DNA from: Xylographa opegraphella
Taxonomy: Eukaryota
Direction: 5' to 3'
DNA length: 20,883 nt
Assembly: GCA_022813865.1 (NCBI GenBank)
Contig: JALDZX010000074.1
Coordinates: 62,001 to 82,883 of the forward strand
This document shows positions 1 through 10,409 of the stretch, piece by piece. A model generated the notes under the pieces. That model had not been told where the DNA came from. It was given only the letters and a program-made list of their open reading frames with translations, and did no database searches. Within the stretch, counting starts at the first letter, position 1, and the number at the start of each line of letters is the position of its first letter. A program made the position numbers and the translations under genes.

Positions 1-328
1 TTGAACTTGAACGATCTGTTATTGAATTCAGTCTGGCTATGCGAGTTACCCAGCAAACACTATACCTGAAATAAGTTGAAACGCTACTGTTCTTCCCCAT
101 CTCCTCAAGTCGCGTGACAGCGAGCGTCCAATCGCCATTGATAGTGATCTTCCGCAGTAAGACCGCCATAGAGACATCTCTCAGTCTCCGGCTAGTCCTG
201 GAGAGCCCGTCCAGCGGGTTGGTGATAAGATTGGTGCCATTTTTGGGATGATGAGGCTTCTCGCCTACCCATAAACAGATCTGGTGAAGGACGTCGTGGT
301 TGAGAGACTCGAGAGTCAAACCGCCCAT
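1..328 (-). CDS. F-box-like domain protein, 5' part (runs off the left edge)
   Basis: ATG at 328; exon 328-66 reads MGGLTLESLNHDVLHQICLWV...PLDGLSRTSRRLRDVSMAVLLRKITI, a typical fungal F-box-like pattern. Intron 65-16 (GTATAG...CTGAA...CAG), after which coding continues (RSFKF). Absent from the ORF track because there is no stop in the window. Confidence 0.7.
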   Translation of the reverse strand, partial: MGGLTLESLNHDVLHQICLWVGEKPHHPKNGTNLITNPLDGLSRTSRRLRDVSMAVLLRKITINGDWTLAVTRLEEMGKNSSVSTYFRYSVCWVTRIARLNSITDRSSS

Positions 329-1001
329 TTCAGCAGACTGTATGGTAGAGAACATCAACGTCCGAACTGGTGGGCGGCTGCAGATATGAGAAGAGAGCGC
401 ATTGTCCCACAGTACCAACAGCAAGGTCCCAGGAGCACTTTTGATGGAATGGTAGGTTCATTGGAGCGAACACATGGTGAGACAGGGTGGCATCAAGTAT
501 TTATTTAGGTACCAATCCACGTTTCTCGCACTGAAGCGAACACAGGAAAAGGACATGCGCCTCGCAGCCCGTGTCCCAATCTGGACGACTTGTAAAGGCT
601 GCTAGTCCTTTCTGCGACTGGTGGCTGATGTCTAGACCCGAAAGAGCATCCTGCCGCTCCATGGCGCTTAGATAGGATACCTTATCGTAAGGTAGGTAGC
701 CAGCACACTAACTATATAGAGACACTGCTACAGCACAAGTCACGCGAACAGGCGCTCTAACGTCTACCACCAGTGTGCTGGCGGTGTCGTCCCCTCCTTC
801 GCAGGTACGATGCCATCATCGTTTGCCTTCATAGCAACGTGCATATTATCCCCAGCACTTGCCAAGATCTTCTATCAAATCAGTGCCGCAGCTAACAACT
901 CCGATTCAAAAGCTTGTTTCTGTTATATTTAACAGCTTAGGGAAAGAAGCCAAGCTATTTGATAATCTGCGAAACCAATACGAGACCGTTGAACCTAAGA
1001 C

Positions 1002-1010
1002 ATTTATATA
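1002..1010 (+). promoter_or_regulatory. Candidate TATA box of the zinc-finger gene
   Basis: TTTATATA about 65 nt upstream of ATG 1071; position and motif only. Confidence 0.3.
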
Positions 1011-1070
1011 CAGATCCCCACGCTACTCTAGGCGTGTTCGGTCTCAACCTCTTGCCACCATTAGCCCGAA

Positions 1071-1896
1071 ATGGCATCTGGAGATCTCTGGACCTGCTCG
1101 ACCTGCAATTCTATCAATTCAATCGCAATTGCCCCAGATAGCTGCGTGTTCTGCTCAAGCAACAGACCGAACACAGTGGCCGAGCTTATAGATACTTCGT
1201 ACCCACAGCCGGACGCGCCTCCCAATCTTATAGACACGTCAGATGAGGCTGCTGAATCAGTCTCACCCCTCACCACAGCCCGAAGCTTGTCGACATCGGC
1301 TGAGAGCAGTGTTACTGCACAGCGAAGCAAATCCTACTCGGCTGGAGGCAATGATGCTCGAGCCGTAAGCCTGTTCTCCTGCTTGCAATCGCGAACGATA
1401 TGCGGGCAGCATATGTCAGGACTTGCAAAGCTTACCAGTAGATGACAGGTCAAACCATCACAGCGTATCTTCCGGGCGATGTCCGCTGCGGGTCCAGCCT
1501 ATCATGATAACATATCCCATTATGACAAGGCGTTCTATGACAACTGGTGGAAGGAACGTGCCGAAGCTATTGCGCGAGGCGAAGACCCATGTATGATATA
1601 TATCTCCTGGCCAGTCATGTTCTCAATACTTCCACTACCGTATCTCCCTCCTCTCTCTGGACATATCACTGATACAGCCAACCGTATTCGCAGACGCGAG
1701 ATTTCGAGCGCTGGTCGCAGCCAGTAATGAGCGGAAGGCGACAACAAAGCTGAAGCGGATGTTCAGCAAAGAAAAGTCGTACACGAGATCGGCACCAATC
1801 AGGTTGGATGCCGAGGAAGAGGAGGAAGCTAGAAAACGAGATGCCGCCATGATGCAGCAAAGGGCAGCAGGCGCGGGTGCGGGTGCGAGTAGATGA
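1071..1896 (+). CDS. Hypothetical ~212-aa protein with N-terminal RanBP2/NZF-like C4 zinc finger
   Basis: Exons 1071-1364, 1449-1590, 1694-1896 (donors GTAAGC, GTATGA; CAG acceptors) join in frame (639 nt) to TGA 1894-1896. The N-terminus WTCSTCNSIN-x8-CVFC-x3-RP fits W-x-C-x2-C-x3-N-xn-C-x2-C. Confidence 0.7.
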
Positions 1897-2065
1897 TAGC
1901 GATACTCATAAAATTGACTGGGATAGCGAAGGCGTTGGGGCTATTTGCACATACTTGGATTATCAGTCTAGTCATGCTTCTTCAAGACACGCTGTAGGAA
2001 TGAATTTCCCACTCAATAACATCCAAATTCTCCATGCCCGTATACCACGCAAGCAAATCCGCAGC

Positions 2066-2901
2066 TCATCCCAGATCGTGCTCCATCATGCTCCACGGTA
2101 CACTATCCCATTGCGAACCAGCAAAGCACGTTATATCATCATCCCTCAAAGCTCGGCCATTCCAGACCCGATCGAACAAGTGCTGGGCACCGTCGCGAAT
2201 CCTTTCTGTTAGCACAATCTGTCGCTCACGCATACCGACACGGTAGAAGGAGATGGTCCATGCTAGCCAAGGTAGAGCATCGATGAGGAGGCTCTTGGAG
2301 CTTTTGAGACGTGTGCCTGCATATTGAACAGCGCCGAGGAAACGACGAACGTAGCTATTTGAGAGTGTTATATGCCAGGCGAGGGCACTGGGTGTGTCAG
2401 TTCCGAATACCATCATATGTAGAGATCGCGTGTGGATAGAGCGTACATTGAAGTGTGAATCAGCCAGTATCGAGTGCTGGTGGATTTGAGGAGATCTTCC
2501 AAGTAGGTGCTTGCTTCGATCAGGCGTTTCACGTCCATCAGTAGCATGCCACGGATGACCTTCTTGCGGCGCCAAAGATCGTCATCTGCACCTGCTGTTC
2601 TTGTCAGCCTCATAGAAATGATGGCGAGCAATCTTCGTACCTATTTGCACCTCGTTATCTTCGTAGCCGATCCTCCTTCCATCGGTATCGCTTGTGAACA
2701 AACCCCGATATGTTTGGATATGGTCTTGTGCCGTCCATCGAAGAGAGCTAGCTATGAATGGGGACGTCCGAAGGTTCTCCAGTCCCGTCGGCGAACGACT
2801 TCGGCCGCTGGTCGCGCCCGTTCTCCAGACTGTCCGAAGGTAAGAGACCAACGCTAGTGGTTGATGTCATATCGCGAGTATGGAAACTTTGCGCCGTTCA
2901 T
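2066..2901 (-). CDS. Orphan multi-exon gene (possibly frameshifted or degenerate), function unknown
   Basis: Introns 2640-2595 (GTACGA...GCTGAC...CAG) and 2446-2388 (GTACGC...ACTGAC...CAG) join three listed ORFs in frame. Start is uncertain: ATG 2901 needs one extra base near 2860. The frame stops at 2066 but looks coding again to about 1982. Confidence 0.45.
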
Positions 2902-3498
2902 GAGACACCGTTTAATGACTGAAGATGCAGAAGCAGATGTCCAAAGTCTGCCAGCTGGTCAAATATCGCGACACGTAAAGTAGGTACGTGGGGACGAATC
3001 GATCAGGCTGCAAATGCCAAGCTAGTGGCTGTCTGTCCGTCTGCAAATTCGCGCTCTGCAAGTAAACACCTTCACGGCGACTTTCATGATAAACGAGGAT
3101 TCACTCCTCCCGGAAGTTCGTTGAAGGGTTTCACATCTCAAAATGATTTTTTGTCAACACGGCATCATGCTGCGTATCAGTTTTCGGCTAAAAATACGAC
3201 CAAAAGGTGCATTGATTTTCTCAGCCTGATAGCATCAATATTATGTTAAGCATGTGGCGCATCTACCCCTCTAGTTGACCCCCGGTTGAGGCCTTTGTAC
3301 TCTCGTGAACACCATCTTGATTGGTTGCCTTTTGGAAAAGCAGGAGGGGCTGTGTGGCATTCCACCATGCTGGAGGGCCGCCATATATTTCGCCGCGTTT
3401 GGCAGTTCGCTGTTCAGCATTTTCTTTCATTGATCGATCTTCTTCGTGGCTCTCTGGTACACTGATATACTCCTGTCCAAAATTTACACTTCGTCGCA

Positions 3499-5273
3499 AT
3501 GGTTCGAGCTTTATTGAACCATACTACGACCAGGGAGGCCTCAAGGTCAGATCAAAGCTTGGCTCTAATCACGGCTGAGAAACTTTCTCTCAATGAGCCG
3601 CATCTGCAATTTATCAATTCGGACCTAGCAGATGATTATTACGACGATGTTGATAGATTTGTGAAGAAGCTGTTCCCCGGCCAGTCACCGCTTGAATATG
3701 AACAGCATACTGTATCAGTACGGAATGGGAAGCAAGTTACTCTTGTGAGTCTCACTAGGCATATTTGTCACCGTGTTCTGACTTTTCAGGTTCGCTTCAG
3801 ACTCTCCGCTGAAGGTCAACGTCGAGGAATGTCTCTTGAAACAGTCGGCCGCGATTTTTGCCGAAGAATATTCGAGAATAAGTCTAAACAGTGGTACAGA
3901 CTTGTCACGACTGAAGACATCCTTGGTATCTCGGCAGCTTTGCTCGATATGGCAGTCGTGGTTCAATAGAGCTTTCTTCACATCAAGCATTCATAGGGGT
4001 CCGGCTCTCCTTCAAGAAATCAGTGATACATTTCGTCGAGACTATGCACCGCCGTGGTCTCTTATATTGTAGATTCAACTTGGTCGATAGCCAGGCTAAC
4101 TACGATAGGGTTCTTGCCCTTGCGTTTTCGGTAATGGTTGGTCTCAATTTTGGCTCATTTGTGGACGGTACCATCACCGACCAAGCAATCGAACAATTAC
4201 TAGAAGCTGGCTCGGTAACTGCCTTCGCCATATTGGATAAATTCGCAGTACGCCTTCGCTTTTCCTATATAATAAACGGAATCCTAGGTTACTAACGAGC
4301 ACAGACTAGCAAAGCGAACAAGGAGAAGCGCAAGGAACTCGAACTCGCATGGACAAGTGAACGCGAAAAGTTTGTGCACGGAAATACTGGCAAGTGCAAT
4401 GACGCGCTATCAGAGTTATTTTCATTGACAGTATCGATTCTATTGGAATGGTCTAAGCATCCTTAGATTCGCTTGGCTCTATAGCTACCACAGATGCCGA
4501 AACGGCGGAAGCCGAACTTTGTCAGGCGCTTTACAGAATGATTGAGAGTGCGAGTCTGGCGCTCGTATGCAATCGGGATATTCTACATGCTCTCAAAGCG
4601 GCTCGAGCTAAAGCTGAGAGTGACCTGGTACTCCGAGGTGCCAGCGTTGGTCTTTCCCTTTGGGCTGCCACCTCAGCATTTTGGACCACCAGTGCTGTCA
4701 CTGGTATCATCGTGACCCCTATCGAAACCTGGGCTTTAGGCAAGGTGTTCATGTTCACCCTTTTCAGCCAGATTCCTGAGGCAGCTATCGTCGGCGTCGA
4801 GCTCACAACCACATTTTGGTGGTGTCCTCCCGTAGCAGTTGGCGCAGCGGTTGCGGCTGTCGGCTTCGGTATCGCAGCTTGGAAAAAGAAAAGGAGAGGG
4901 CGAAGTGGAATAACAAGATCGAATATCACAATGCGAGTAAGTTGAATCCGGTTTGTCGCCGTCAACGACTGACCTTTTTGCAGTGAAAACCTTCATCGGC
5001 GTCGCTCTCGGTCTTGCCCAAGACTCCCAGAAATTTCTTCAGTGGGTCTACAACACCAACATGTCCGGACCCAACGAGGTAGACTTTGTTGATGATGCAG
5101 CGCGCGAGAACTGGCGCAAATTCATCGTAAGAACGCGTGCTGCTACCGGAGGCGAGGCAACGGCGAGGGAGCTGAGCCCGCAGTTTGTCAGGACCTACTT
5201 GTTCACACAACGCGATACGCTTGTTAGGATGCAGCTTTCGATCAAGGAGGCGGAGAAGAAACTGAAGGTTTAG
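3499..5273 (+). CDS. Hypothetical ~516-aa protein with a long hydrophobic segment; two -1 frameshifts as assembled
   Basis: Exons 3499-3744, 3790-4247, 4305-4389, 4467-4936, 4984-5273, with branch sites (CTGAC, CTAAC, CTAAG, CTGAC). A continuous frame needs +1 nt between about 3915 and 3966 and +1 nt in the A-runs at 4883-4891, plus a GC donor at 4390. Confidence 0.6.
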
Positions 5274-6325
5274 TATATTCATTGCAAGCATCGAAGCTCG
5301 GACTGGGAGAAAGGATAGCAAGGTCGATATCTTGCTTTACGACGTCGAAGATTTGAATAACGTACCAGCTCCTACTCTGTCGCAACTGCTTTAGTAATCT
5401 TGATGATCTCTTTGTTTATAGCGTTCTTTCGGGCGTGAGCGGAGCACAGAGCAGCGAATGTTTCTATACAAGGAGGGTGGTGATTCTACAGAAACTCAAA
5501 TAAATCTCAAGCCTTGTACCTGAACTGAGCACGTTCGGGGTTTATTGAGTTCTGGGCGTGCCCCTGTGATGAAGTTAAGCCCACCGTTTCCCGGCCGTCT
5601 CCACGACCTCGGACTGCGGACCACAATTCTGCGTATGACACTCGCCCTGCAAACAGGGTTCTGGAAACGAGTTATTTGCAATGATCTCATTGCAGCAGAA
5701 CAGAACTCGCGTTAATCCTCGGTCATTTAGGGCTTCGGCATTTCTGCTCTTGCCCATGCGGTACGCTGCAGGGCGGAGGAGCGTGAGGCATGGTCATGCT
5801 AACAATTGCCGACTCCATCGTCGGGCCGACAACCCTCAGCTACAGCGACGAGAATGCAGGTAAGGCGCTGAATGATTGTTAATTATACGGGAATTTGTCA
5901 CTGGAGCGCTACTGCAGTCTCGGAATGTTGTCCCTCCATCCGTCCTCGATCCTACTAATAAGCGAGTGTTTGAGGAAGGAAGGCGAACGACGGTATCGAA
6001 CGGTCAATCAGAAAACCTCAATCTGGTCTGACTAAAATCGCCAAACGATTTAACCTTGACAGTCTACCTCAGCGTTGTCTGACAAGATGACTGCTGCAGC
6101 ACGGAGCCGCTGTCCGTTTGCTCGGCAATCGCTCCAGTTAGTTTCACAGGCGACCACTCTCCTCGGTGTATATATGTGCGAGGGGTTGTACTCGTGCTGT
6201 AGCACAAAGAGTCATCGTCCTGAGTTCAGAACTTTTTCCCATTAGAAGTTTATGTATTCCATTGTTTCTGCCAATTCGAAAACTGCGCCTCAAGTATAGC
6301 CACTTGTAACTATACCCACATCAAA

Positions 6326-8481
6326 ATGACCACACCCAAAGATGGGATGGAGTATGCTATTATTTTTGCGGGAGGTTGGAAATCCCCAGACGAAAATCTA
6401 TCTCGCCTCAGTTTTCAAATACCGGCAGCAACATAGGTGGAACAGCGGCTTGTGTGGCGGCCGGGTTCCTTACCAGAACTGACCCTCCTCTTGCCATTCT
6501 GATAATTGAGAGTAGCAAGGTACTAGAGCATACTATATGTATCCTATCTCTCCAATTACTGATGCACAACAGAATAACTAGAACGATCAAACGGTCACAA
6601 CTCCGGCAATCTATCCTTCTCGTCTTATTCCCGACTCGCAGGATACCATATTCTACAAGTCTGAAAAGAGCGACCACCTTGGAGGACGCCAAGCCGTTGT
6701 CGCTACTGGTGGAGCCCTCGGAGGTGGTTCTTCCATCAACTTCATGGTGTATACTCGAGACCAGTCTTGCGACTACGATGGCTGGCAAACCGAAGGGTGG
6801 GATTTCAAAAGCCTGCTCCCGTACTTTAAAAAGGTAGGGTGTACCTTTCATCTCATTCACTCATCGTTTCCAATCCCATCTGACGCAGTGGATCAGCTCG
6901 AGACATCATAGCGAAGACGTCGCTATCGATAAGAGTGTCCATGGTTCTGGAGGTCTCATGTCCTCAAGAAACAAGAGGATGATGTCCTAGCAGCTGCGGT
7001 GGCACACAGAGAAAGAATATTTACTCATATGAACGACTTCAAGAGTGTAGGTGGCTTTGCGGTATGCTAGAACATCTCACGATTGCAGTTCTTACACTGC
7101 TAAAATCACGCAGCGATGGTATAGATATGTTGGATCGGACGGAATTCGGTAAGATGTGGCGCATCGCTATATTCATCTTCTTATGGCTTCCACAGAATAT
7201 TCAAACCTCCACCTCCTACTCCAAACGAATGTGGTCCGTGTCCTTTTCGACACATCCAATGCCGCACATGCTGTCAAAGTCATATTGGCACCGAGATCTG
7301 AGCCTCTTCTACCACTCGGTCAGAGCGCCGTGAAGATGATAAAGTGCTCGTAGACTTGTCGTCGTTTCTTCTAGAGCCCTCGCAAGCGCATCTATTCTTG
7401 AGCGCTCTGGTATCGGTACCGCTCCACTTCTCAGTAGCCTTGGTATATCGCTTACCGTGGACCTTCCTGGGGTCGGAGAGAACTACCAAGGTCATCAATG
7501 TATGATATATCCTTACTTAACTTCTCTAGAGCCGAATCAAACACTCGACGGTCTTCTTTCCGGTCGTCTGGACTTTTCGCAAGCGCTCGCGGACCAGATT
7601 TTGCTCTTGGGATGGAACGGACTCGATGTTGCAGGAAAATCAGGCCCGAGCGTTGCCGAGGCAGAGGCTCTAGGACCAGACTTTTACAGATTGTGGAAAC
7701 GTGACTTCGAACAATCGGGCCACCCCCTGGTGATGATTACCCTAATCGATAGCTTTCTTGGCGACCATAGGTGCTTGCCTACGAATGCTGCCGGCAAGCA
7801 CTCACAATACGCTACTATGGGGCTGTACAATACTATCCATACTCGCGCGGCAGTGCTCACGTTGTATCTGCGGATACTAATGATCAGCCACGTTTTGATA
7901 ACGGCTTCTTGTCGCGTCCAGCAGATATCAAAATGCTGTTATGGGCGTACAAGAAGCAACGTGAGATCCACCGGCGGGCCAATCAATACCAAGGAGAACT
8001 GGCGCTTGGTCATCCGGTCTTCAGCCAAGGCAGCAAGGCGGTGCTGCATAATGGTCCAATTGAGATGAATCGGTTCAAGAGTTTGGAAGCGAGAACGGCT
8101 GTCAAGGATATTGAGTACAGTGCCGAAGATGATATCGCGATCGAGGAACATATACGGGAATTCGTGGGCACGACATGGCATAGTCTGGGGACCTGCAAGA
8201 TGGCGCCTAGGGAGCGGGGAGGCGTCGTCGACAAAGATCTGAATGTGTATGGGGTGACCAAGCCGAAGGTTGTTGATATGTCACCTACTCTACCTTTGGA
8301 ACAGTCAAGACTTCCTCCGGAGGCGCTCAACCCTGTCTATGATATTAACCCACTGACTTTTTCCTCTCTAGACCTGTCTATCTGCCCGGAAAACGTCGGC
8401 GCGAACACAAACAATACGGCGCTGATGATCGGCATGAAAGCGGCTGCCATTATCGCACAGGGGCTAGACCTGGAGGTCTGA
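6326..8481 (+). pseudogene. GMC oxidoreductase (alcohol oxidase-like, AA3) pseudogene
   Basis: Motifs IIFAGGGTAACV (FAD-binding), GGALGGGSSINFMVYTR, ILERSGIG, DLPGVGENYQ, YPYSRGS, WHSLGTCKM and DLSICPENVGANTNNTA. Introns 6375-6436, 6520-6572, 6834-6896, 7062-7113, 8276-8371. Lesions: TAG 6579-6581, TAA 7150-7152, frameshifts near 6906, 6955, 7345 and 7825, and a last donor reading ATATGT instead of GTATGT. Confidence 0.92.
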
Positions 8482-9159
8482 ACAAAGTTGGATCGAGTCA
8501 CGTATGGTGTTAGAGCAACCAATGGCAAGTTGTTTGTAAGGCGCTGCATTCACGACACCGGTAGGGTGTAAACCCGGATGTGTGAACAATGGCACGAGAA
8601 GGCGAAGCAGTGCGTAGCATGTCTGATTACTTTTCCTAAAAACCAAACTTGTGTTTTGTACACTCTGATCTTGAAGCAGGACTCAATTCGCACTCCCGCA
8701 CTCCAGCACCGCAGATGCTCCCAAGAATCACCAACATTTGCTAGCACGAGCTACCAAGGTGGTCCGAATATTCCAAGGCAGATCTCGCATCTTCCTAATT
8801 CTCATCTCGACAACAACCAACAGCTAGCCCCCCGGGAGGATGACCCGCCGGGCGCTATCGCCCCCCCAAACACTACCAGCCCGGCGTCAGCTTCGGGCGA
8901 AATAAGCATAATGCCCCCCCCTGCGCTACACTCATTCGCAGCCTCGCAGCACCAAACACCGTCAGCCGGAATTTCGACAACGGTGTTGTCACGGCATAAT
9001 ACCCTCTCGTCGCCGTCGTCCACACGGCCACGCAGAACAAATCAGCAGGCGTGAACAGCACCGTTTCGCCCATCCACGTCTTCTGCAACCAACACCATGC
9101 TCCCCACAGCCCCGGTGACATGTGGAGAGCGAGCGCACAGTGTTCGTGTCGGGCGAGGA

Positions 9160-9166
9160 TATAAAA
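9160..9166 (+). promoter_or_regulatory. TATA box candidate (TATAAAA)
   Basis: Consensus TATAAAA about 180 nt upstream of ATG 9343, followed by a C/A-rich leader. Confidence 0.45.
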
Positions 9167-9342
9167 TCGCGGACGGCACCCAAGACAGCCCCTCCATAGC
9201 ACATCGCATCCATTGTCCACTTTACCAATAACCAAGTCCACCCATTCATCGCATAAAAACCGCACACAAACAAGCCCACCGTTGCCCTACCCCCTCACAA
9301 TCCAACCGCCTTACCCCATCCCATCCACTCCCCAGCCCCACA

Positions 9343-10008
9343 ATGCAACTCCCAGCCATCCTCGCCTTCCTCGCCCTCCTCCTCACGCCCACGCTCGGCA
9401 CCGTCCTATCCAAGCCCGTGCCCGAGCCCGGCGCCACGTACCACGACGGGCGCATCGTCCCAGCGAAAGGCGCGCCCGCCGCTCCGGCGCCCAAGCACCC
9501 AGCCACGCAGCCCAAGGCGCCTCACGGCAGCGAAGACGCCCCCCATTCGGGCTCCGGAAACACGCATGCGCACGGCAGCCAGCACCGGCAGGGCCACCGC
9601 AAGCGCAGCCCGGACGACGACATCGGCTCGGTGGTGGTGGTGGCGCGGTCGCCCATCAAGTCGGGGCAGAAGCCGCCACCGGCGAAGAAGAGCAAGGACA
9701 AGGACAAGGACGCGAAGAAGGCGGACGACCCGCGCCCGCAGCGGAAGGACTCGGGCCCTCCGGCGTTTGGGCCCGGCTCGCGCGTCACGATCCCGGAGTG
9801 GAAGCCTTATGATAAGAGTAATCCCGATCGGCACCAGATGGAGGTTCAGTACAAGCATGGGTACTCCAGGCGGGGTCTTTATGGCCCGCGCGGGGGGAGC
9901 ATTGTCGTGCGGGAGGCTTGGCCGATGAGGGCGGTGGATCCAGTCTGGGGATATAGTTCTCATGAGCATAGCGCGCGGGACGTGCTCGTGGATGCCGGTT
10001 GGGAGTGA
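9343..10008 (+). CDS. Small secreted Pro/His/Lys-rich protein, 221 aa, Cys-free, with Kex2-type site
   Basis: Single ORF, ACAATG start context, signal peptide MQLPAILAFLALLLTPTLG, strong G/C bias at third codon positions, internal HRKR|SP and further basic sites (SRR, VVRE, SARD). Confidence 0.8.
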   Translation: MQLPAILAFLALLLTPTLGTVLSKPVPEPGATYHDGRIVPAKGAPAAPAPKHPATQPKAPHGSEDAPHSGSGNTHAHGSQHRQGHRKRSPDDDIGSVVVVARSPIKSGQKPPPAKKSKDKDKDAKKADDPRPQRKDSGPPAFGPGSRVTIPEWKPYDKSNPDRHQMEVQYKHGYSRRGLYGPRGGSIVVREAWPMRAVDPVWGYSSHEHSARDVLVDAGWE

Positions 10009-10409
10009 GGGCGAGGGGGATGTGCTGGGGAGGTGGGAGGAGAGTGTGGGGTGAGAGGGTTTTGTTGGAGTCGTGAAACGTGGAGGGTGAGGATGAATTG
10101 GGGATTGTATAAGGGAGGGAAAAGGCCTAGTGCGTCGTGGGGATTCGGTGGCGTTTGAATGAAGGGTTGGTTGACGAGTGTCTGCTTTCGGTGGAGTTTG
10201 GCGCTGTGGGTTTTTCCAAGTGTAGAGGAGCGTCTGTAGCATTTAGGGAAAAAGGAGAGATTCGCGCGGTTCGTGGTGGAAAAAGGCCTCTTTTTGTTGA
10301 TCTTGTTAGAAGGTAGGAAGTGACTAGACCGTATAACATCAGATCCGAAGGGTATAAGAGAACTGCTCGCAGTATGGACATATTCCTGCTCATGCCACTT
10401 TAAATTTCC

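Noticed and set aside
678..694. Inverted repeat TACCTTA-TCG-TAAGGTA between divergent genes
   Set aside because: Only 7 bp and cannot be distinguished from chance.
5677..5694. Palindrome TGCAATGA-TC-TCATTGCA
   Set aside because: A single short inverted repeat, plausible by chance in 21 kb, with no supporting context.
8578..9279. Several overlapping ORFs upstream of the secreted protein
   Set aside because: Low-complexity translations on both strands, best explained as GC-rich promoter DNA.
9213..10242. Long alternative-frame and antisense ORFs (199, 278, 120 aa)
   Set aside because: Shadows of the GC-rich 9343-10008 gene caused by stop-codon scarcity.
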